The translations under genes and the position numbers were made by a program. Shown piece after piece: positions 58,357-64,000 of a stretch of 64,000 bases of DNA. The notes under the pieces are model-generated. The model saw only the letters and a list, made by a program, of their open reading frames with translations. It had not been told where the DNA came from and ran no database searches. Source of the DNA: Candidatus Latescibacterota bacterium (GTDB taxonomy: Bacteria > Latescibacterota > UBA2968 > GCA-2709665); contig OZ250150.1 of assembly GCA_965237675.1 (NCBI GenBank), positions 2,592,001 through 2,656,000 on the forward strand, written 5' to 3'. Position 1 is the first letter of the stretch, and each line of letters starts with the position of its first letter.

Positions 58357-58380
58357 TCACGTCGTGCAAAGGGGTTCCGT

Positions 58381-59481
58381 ATGGCGAATACCTATCGAAC
58401 GGTCCTTGTGGGTTGTGGAGGGATGGGGCGCCAGCACCTGAACATCCTTCGGGAAATGCCCGAATTCGAGGTTGTGGGTGTCTGTGACGTGTTTGCCGAA
58501 GCGCTCCAACAGACAGGAAAAACATACGGGGTGTCATCGCGTTTTTCGGATTTCGAACGGATGTACGACGAAACGCATCCCGATCTCGTCGTAGTGGCCA
58601 CCCAGACCCGGGGGCATCGCGCGCCCGCGGTGGCGGCGCTGCAGCGCGGGATATCGGTGCTTTGCGAGAAGCCGATCGCCATCGATCCCGCCGAGGCGGA
58701 CGAAATGGTTGCGGCGGCCTGCGCATCGGGCGCAAGGCTGGCGGTCAACCATCAGAGCCACGTGAGTTCAGCAGTATTGACCGCGCGTGACATGGTTCGC
58801 AGAGGGGATATCGGTCAGGTCGTGCTCGTGCGCGGACGGAACAAGAGCGGGCGCCGGAGCGGTAACGAATTTATGGAAATGGGGACCCACGTAACCGATA
58901 TGATGATGCGCTTCGGCGGTGCGCCTTTGTGGTGTTCCGGCACCGTCTATTTTCAGGGACGTCTGGCGGACGTGAACGACGTCATGGAAGCAAAGGAGAT
59001 GTCGCCGCGGGACCGCGATTCCGGCCCTGTAGCGGGCGACCGGACAACGGCCCAGTACGGCTTCGAGGGCGGTATTCTGGGAGAAATTCACTTCCTGGGA
59101 TTCAAGGCGCCGCTGAGCGAGAACTACGGCGTGGACGTTATCGGAACCGACGGGCAACTGTCGGTCCGTGCTTCGGGCAGCGTTGCGCATGCCCTCTGGC
59201 ATCTTCCCAGACCCATGGAAGGGCTGCCCGGCGGCCAGGGAGGCTGGAAGCCCGTCGTGTCCGGCGAATCGGAGGACGGAAACGCCATTGCCAGGATGTA
59301 CCGCCGCGTGGCGGCAGCGATTGAATCAGGGACGGAACCGCCGTCGAGCGGCGAAGACGGTCGAACGGCTTTCGAGATGATTCTGGGCATTTATCAGTCA
59401 CACAGGGAAGGCGGGCGCCGGGTCGCGTTGCCGCTCTCAGATCGTCGGCATCCCCTGGATGTGTGGCGAAGCGAAACTTAA
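58381..59481 (+). CDS. Gfo/Idh/MocA family oxidoreductase
   Basis: VGCGGMG, CEKP, MEMGTH. Confidence 0.9.
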   Translation: MANTYRTVLVGCGGMGRQHLNILREMPEFEVVGVCDVFAEALQQTGKTYGVSSRFSDFERMYDETHPDLVVVATQTRGHRAPAVAALQRGISVLCEKPIAIDPAEADEMVAAACASGARLAVNHQSHVSSAVLTARDMVRRGDIGQVVLVRGRNKSGRRSGNEFMEMGTHVTDMMMRFGGAPLWCSGTVYFQGRLADVNDVMEAKEMSPRDRDSGPVAGDRTTAQYGFEGGILGEIHFLGFKAPLSENYGVDVIGTDGQLSVRASGSVAHALWHLPRPMEGLPGGQGGWKPVVSGESEDGNAIARMYRRVAAAIESGTEPPSSGEDGRTAFEMILGIYQSHREGGRRVALPLSDRRHPLDVWRSET

Positions 59482-59500
59482 GATATGAGTCGGAATAGAC

Positions 59501-60574
59501 ATGCCGATTGCCGATAGCGTCAGGAAGGCCAGGGACGAACTGGATGCCCACGTGCGGGAAACCGTGGCCTGGCATTTCAATCCGGACACGGGCTGCCCGT
59601 TCTGGTTGGAATTCGCTGAGGAGCTGGATTTCGATCCGCGCAAGGAGATCGGCGGATTTGCGGATCTGAAGATTCTGGGACATTTTCAGGACGACTGGCT
59701 GCGCGGCGGACCCGTACGCCGGTGGATTCCCCGGGGAAGCGCAGGGAAGCGGACGTATGTTTTCGAGACGGGCGGATCCACCGGGGTGCCGAAATACCGG
59801 ATCAGTCAGGAAGATTTCCAGATCGACTACGAGATGTTCAGCAGGCACCTTTCAAACGAGACGTTTCCCAGGGGGGCGGACTGGCTGATGCTGGGTCCCA
59901 CGGGACCGAGGCGGCTGCGGCTGGCGGTTGAATATCTGTGCCAGATCCGCGGCGGGATCTGTTTCCTGGTGGACCTGGATCCCCGGTGGGTGAATAAACT
60001 GATCGTGCGTGGCGCGCTCCAGGAACTGGACCTCTACAAAGCGCACGTGATCGACCAGGCGCTGACCATTTTGCGGGCGAACGACAATGTGAAGTGTATG
60101 TTCACAACCCCCAAGCTTCTCGAAGCGATCTGCGAAAAGATTTCGTTGGAAAAGGTCGGGATATCGGGGATTTTCTGCGGTGGGACCGAGATGGACGCGC
60201 AATTCAACCGATTCGCCAGGGAGGAATTGGTTCCCGGTATCGATTTTGTGCCGACATACGGAAATACATTGATGGGGTTGGCTTATTCCAAACCGCTGGA
60301 GCCCGCGGACAATTACGCCATTACCTATTATCCGCCGGTGCCCAGGGCGGTTATCGAGTTGGCGGACCCCGAAAATCCGGACGAACCGGTGGCATACAAC
60401 GCCGTTGGCAGGGTGATGTTGACGACGCTGACCCGGGAGTTTTTCATGCCGAGGTTTCTGGAACGGGACCAGGGAGAGCGGGCGGAACCCAGCGAAAGGT
60501 TTCCATGGGACGGGGTACGAAATCTGGGTCTGTTCTCCGAGATGCAGGAGTCGGTCGTCGTCGGGGTTTACTAG
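59501..60574 (+). CDS. EhpF/LuxE/PaaK-like adenylate-forming enzyme (short, 357 aa)
   Basis: WHFNPDTGCPFW, P-loop ETGGSTGVPK, GGTE, PTYGNT, GRVMLTTL...ERD. Confidence 0.7.
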   Translation: MPIADSVRKARDELDAHVRETVAWHFNPDTGCPFWLEFAEELDFDPRKEIGGFADLKILGHFQDDWLRGGPVRRWIPRGSAGKRTYVFETGGSTGVPKYRISQEDFQIDYEMFSRHLSNETFPRGADWLMLGPTGPRRLRLAVEYLCQIRGGICFLVDLDPRWVNKLIVRGALQELDLYKAHVIDQALTILRANDNVKCMFTTPKLLEAICEKISLEKVGISGIFCGGTEMDAQFNRFAREELVPGIDFVPTYGNTLMGLAYSKPLEPADNYAITYYPPVPRAVIELADPENPDEPVAYNAVGRVMLTTLTREFFMPRFLERDQGERAEPSERFPWDGVRNLGLFSEMQESVVVGVY

Positions 60575-60663
60575 GCGGCCCTCTGTCGCTGTCTTCCGGT
60601 CGGGGCGGACGACGGGAATCGCGCCTCGCTTCCGGGTTACGGTGAACGCACCAGGAGGTTGGC

Positions 60664-62088
60664 GTGACGCATATCCCGATTTTGCGGGCGGGAAGGCCCT
60701 ATACGAGCCTGGACGTCCAGGAAGTTCCGCACGTCCGGACCGGAGAACCGATGGTCCGGGTGAGCCAGGCGAACCCGGGGCTGATCGCGAGGGATCTCAA
60801 CGCCGCGCCGGCGAACAGACGTGCCCTGGAAGCGTTGAGCGTTTCCGATCTGGTAACCGTCACCCGGAGGGCTGCCCGGTTTTTCTCGGATGCGGTTCTT
60901 CCGCTGGATAACGAACCGCAATCGCCTGAGGACTATGTCCGCCAGGTCTCGGGTACAACGGGGATTCCCGAAGCGCTTTGCCGGGCGAACATGGGAAAAA
61001 TCCGCTTGGTTTGCAGCCAGATCGAAGAGGTGCTCGGCGGGCTGACGCGTGACCTGGATTTGTCGGTTCTGGATGGGGGGTGGAACCCTGAAAGCGTTCG
61101 GCCATTGAGCTATCTGTGTCAGACTGATGCGCTGGGCGCGGTGTTGCCAAGCAATTCCCCCGGGGTGCATTCGCTCTGGATTCCGGCGATTTCACTGAAG
61201 GTGCCCCTGGTGTTGAAGCCCGGACGGGAGGACCCCTGGACGCCGTTTCGTATTGCACAGGCGTTTATTGCCGCAGGATGCCCGGTCGAAGCGTTCGGCC
61301 TGTATCCGACCCGGCATGCCGGCGCCAACGAAGTCCTTCTGCGGTGCGGGCGCTCGCTGTTGTTTGGCGGAGGCGCCACGGTGGCGCCGTGGCGCTACGA
61401 TCCACGGGTTTCGATTCACGGCCCCGGCCGGAGCAAGGTGATTCTTGGTGAAGACCTGGTCGACCGCTGGGAAGATTATCTGGATGTGATCCTGGTTTCG
61501 ATAACTGCAAACGGCGGGCGATCGTGCATCAATGCTTCGGGCGTTTGGACGCCCGCACACGGACGGGAGATTGCCGACGCGCTCGCGTGCCGGCTCGCGG
61601 AGATCGTCGCGCGGCCGCTGGACGATCCCGACGCGCAACTTGCCGCGTTTGCCAATCCCGCGTCGGCGGTTCAGGTTTCGAACACGATTGACGCCCACCT
61701 GGGAACCGGCGGCGCGACGGACCTGACGGCGGTCTTGCGCCGGAACCGGCTCGATGAGATAGACGGTCTCACGTTTTTGAATCCCACGCTGGTGTGGTGT
61801 GAGTCTCCCGAACACCCGCTGGCGAATACGGAGTTCCTGTTCCCTTACGCGGGCGTGGTCGAAGTGCCGCAGTCGGAGGTGCACAACCGGATCGGGCCCA
61901 GCCTGGTGGTGACCGCGTTGACGGAAGATGAAGCCTTGATCAGTCAGTTGCTGAGTTCACCTTCCGTGGAAAGACTGAACCTCGGGCCGATTCCCACGAA
62001 CCGGATTTCCTGGGACCAGCCTCACGAAGGCAATTTGTTCGAACATCTCTACCGGCAGCGGGCCTTTCAGTTCGCCCGGGGAGCGTAG
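60664..62088 (+). CDS. Aldehyde dehydrogenase-fold protein, acyl-reductase (LuxC/EhpG-like) type
   Basis: PSNSP, LKPG, catalytic GGRSCINAS, TEFLFP. HGPGRSK stands where ELGGK is usual. Confidence 0.75.
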   Translation: MTHIPILRAGRPYTSLDVQEVPHVRTGEPMVRVSQANPGLIARDLNAAPANRRALEALSVSDLVTVTRRAARFFSDAVLPLDNEPQSPEDYVRQVSGTTGIPEALCRANMGKIRLVCSQIEEVLGGLTRDLDLSVLDGGWNPESVRPLSYLCQTDALGAVLPSNSPGVHSLWIPAISLKVPLVLKPGREDPWTPFRIAQAFIAAGCPVEAFGLYPTRHAGANEVLLRCGRSLLFGGGATVAPWRYDPRVSIHGPGRSKVILGEDLVDRWEDYLDVILVSITANGGRSCINASGVWTPAHGREIADALACRLAEIVARPLDDPDAQLAAFANPASAVQVSNTIDAHLGTGGATDLTAVLRRNRLDEIDGLTFLNPTLVWCESPEHPLANTEFLFPYAGVVEVPQSEVHNRIGPSLVVTALTEDEALISQLLSSPSVERLNLGPIPTNRISWDQPHEGNLFEHLYRQRAFQFARGA

Positions 62089-62098
62089 AATCATTCGG

Positions 62099-63214
62099 AT
62101 GGAACCCTTCGACCTTCATCCTGCGCCGCGAGTGATATTCGGGGAAGGCGCACTGGCGCAACTCGGGGATCTGGTGGATGGCCTGGGTGGAAGGCGGATT
62201 CTGCTCGTTACCGATCCCGGAATTGTCAACGCGGGCATCGCGGACAGGGCGTTGGCGTTGCTGCGGTGCTCCGCCCGCGACGTCTTCCTTTTCGACGGCG
62301 CGGGTGAGAACCCCACGACGGCCCACGTCGACGCGGGGGTGGAGGTTGCCACGGCGCATGGCGGCATCGGTCTCATTGTGGGCCTGGGGGGCGGCAGCGC
62401 GATGGATTGCGCCAAGGGGATCAATTTCGTTCTGACAAACGGCGGGCGGATCGAAGACTACCGGGGAATGGGCAGGGCGGAGCGCCCGATGCTGCCGTCG
62501 ATCGGCGTCCCCACAACCGCGGGAACCGGGAGCGAGGCACAGTCCTACGCGTTGATCGCCAGGTCAGATACCCACGAGAAGATGGCCTGCGGAGACCTCA
62601 AGGCGCGGTTTCGCGGCGTCATTCTGGATCCTGCGCTCACGTCGAGCGTTCCAATACATGTGGCTGCCGCTTCGGGTATCGATGCCATTGCGCATGCGGT
62701 GGAGAGCTACGTGTGTACCCGGCGCAACGCGGTGTCGCGCATGTACGCGCGGGAGGCGTGGCGGTTGCTCGCGACGGGATTCGAAGGGGCGTTGGAGCCG
62801 CCGGCAGGCCCCCACGCCAGGGCCGCAATGCTTTTAGGCGCGCATTTCGCAGGGGCCGCTATCGAGAATGCCATGCTGGGCGCCGCCCACGCGTGCGCCA
62901 ATCCGCTGACGGCTCGGTACGGCATCACGCACGGCGTCGCGGTGGGCACGATACTTCCGTCGGTGATCCTGTTCAACGGGGAAACGGATGGGGCGCTTTA
63001 CGAGGGATTGGGGTTGACGGCCGGGGCGCTCGCCGAGCAGATCGTCCGATTCAGACACACGGCGAATCTGCCCGGACGCCTGTGTGAACTTGGGGTTGGC
63101 CGGGATCGGCTGCCGGAGCTGGCGGCGGAGGCGGCAAACCAGTGGACGGGGACGTTCAATCCGCGGCCGGTCCGCGAAGCCGAATATCTGGCGTTATATG
63201 AAGAGGCGTATTGA
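62099..63214 (+). CDS. Iron-containing alcohol dehydrogenase
   Basis: GLGGGSAMDCAK, PTTAGTGSE, DAIAHAVESY, HACAN, HGVA. Confidence 0.92.
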   Translation: MEPFDLHPAPRVIFGEGALAQLGDLVDGLGGRRILLVTDPGIVNAGIADRALALLRCSARDVFLFDGAGENPTTAHVDAGVEVATAHGGIGLIVGLGGGSAMDCAKGINFVLTNGGRIEDYRGMGRAERPMLPSIGVPTTAGTGSEAQSYALIARSDTHEKMACGDLKARFRGVILDPALTSSVPIHVAAASGIDAIAHAVESYVCTRRNAVSRMYAREAWRLLATGFEGALEPPAGPHARAAMLLGAHFAGAAIENAMLGAAHACANPLTARYGITHGVAVGTILPSVILFNGETDGALYEGLGLTAGALAEQIVRFRHTANLPGRLCELGVGRDRLPELAAEAANQWTGTFNPRPVREAEYLALYEEAY

Positions 63215-64000
63215 GTTTCGGTTCAAGCGACAAGCGAGGAACATTGAGAACGTATTTCTTTTCTTCTGCTTGTTGCACGTAGCGGTTCCCGTCGGCGTTG
63301 CCGGCGAGGCGTCCTGGCCGCAGTTTCGCGGCGATGCGCAATCCACCGGGCTTGCTCGGGGAGCGCTGCCGGGTGAACCGGTGGTGGTGTGGACTGCGCG
63401 GGTGGCAACGGGGATCGAGTCCACGGCGGCGATCTGGCACGGTACGGTCTATGTGGGCGGGCTGGACGGCAAGCTCTATGCATTTGATCTGGACCGTGGC
63501 GGATTGAAGTGGACGTATACGGCCCGGGGAGAAGTCAAGTCGTCACCGATGGTTGCAGACGGCGCCGTTTTTTTTGGTGATGGCGGCGGCGGGTTCCACG
63601 CCGTGGAGGCCGGAACGGGGAGAGGGATCTGGACGTTCCAGACCGGGGGGGAGATCATTTCTTCGGCCGCGGGGGATGGGGCCCGGGTGTTGTTCGGATC
63701 TTACGACGAGTTTCTCTACTGCCTCGCAACGAAGGACGGTTCGTTATTGTGGAAATTGGAGACGGGCGGTTACGTCCACGGAACGCCGGCCCTCGTGGGC
63801 GGACGGGCGGTTGTCGCGGGGTGCGACGGCCTGATGCGGGTGGTGAACGTGGCCGATGGGGTTGAAGCCTCAAACGTGGTCGTGTACGACTACGTCGCGT
63901 CGAGCGTCGCGGTGCACAACGGACGCGCCTACCTGGGTAATTTCGGAAACCAGGTCCTGGGTGTGGATCTGTCGGCGGCGAAGGTCGTGTGGCGGTACGA
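63198..64000 (+). CDS. Secreted PQQ-binding-like (BamB-like) beta-propeller protein, partial
   Basis: Manual translation from ATG 63198, overlapping the ADH stop: MKRR...FLFFCLLHVAVPVGVAGEASWPQFRGDAQSTG...VYVGGLDGKLYAFD...KWTY...VKSSP. Open to the window end. Confidence 0.85.
   Translation, partial: MKRRIEFRFKRQARNIENVFLFFCLLHVAVPVGVAGEASWPQFRGDAQSTGLARGALPGEPVVVWTARVATGIESTAAIWHGTVYVGGLDGKLYAFDLDRGGLKWTYTARGEVKSSPMVADGAVFFGDGGGGFHAVEAGTGRGIWTFQTGGEIISSAAGDGARVLFGSYDEFLYCLATKDGSLLWKLETGGYVHGTPALVGGRAVVAGCDGLMRVVNVADGVEASNVVVYDYVASSVAVHNGRAYLGNFGNQVLGVDLSAAKVVWRY

Noticed and set aside
59501-62088. Bioluminescence (lux) or phenazine cluster
   Set aside because: No luxAB/luxD or phz core genes in the window; only the reductive module is similar.

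Overview
GC-rich bacterial window, mostly catabolic genes on the + strand. The gene content suggests an FCB-group heterotroph such as Latescibacterota, possibly host- or sponge-associated; this is inference only. It starts inside an ankyrin-repeat gene that the ORF track misses and ends inside a PQQ-type beta-propeller gene. Housekeeping and catabolic content includes TonB, sugar-acid and glycosaminoglycan enzymes, an acyl-CoA ligase/thiolase/DUF35 trio, proA, an M16 protease, a DMFase-like protein, acetolactate synthase, LarA and a GT2/GT-C pair. Accessory content: (1) a ~9 kb defence island with a complete type I Zorya operon (zorABCD), a Uma2 nuclease gene overlapping the zorA start, and a Phd-VapC pair whose toxin is broken; (2) a decayed IS1595-family element beside an intact DUF5678-like plus retropepsin gene pair; (3) an MNT-HEPN toxin-antitoxin pair; (4) a CHAT-like protein, an Ala-rich repeat lipoprotein with a decayed tail, an Xre regulator and an ABC-F ATPase; (5) an uncharacterised operon of an EhpF/LuxE-like ligase, an ALDH lacking the catalytic Glu, an Fe-ADH and a secreted propeller; (6) several intergenic repeats with 7, 8 or 9 bp periods and REP-like palindromes. 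I saw no rRNA, tRNA or CRISPR array. All family calls come from motif recognition by eye, not database searches.
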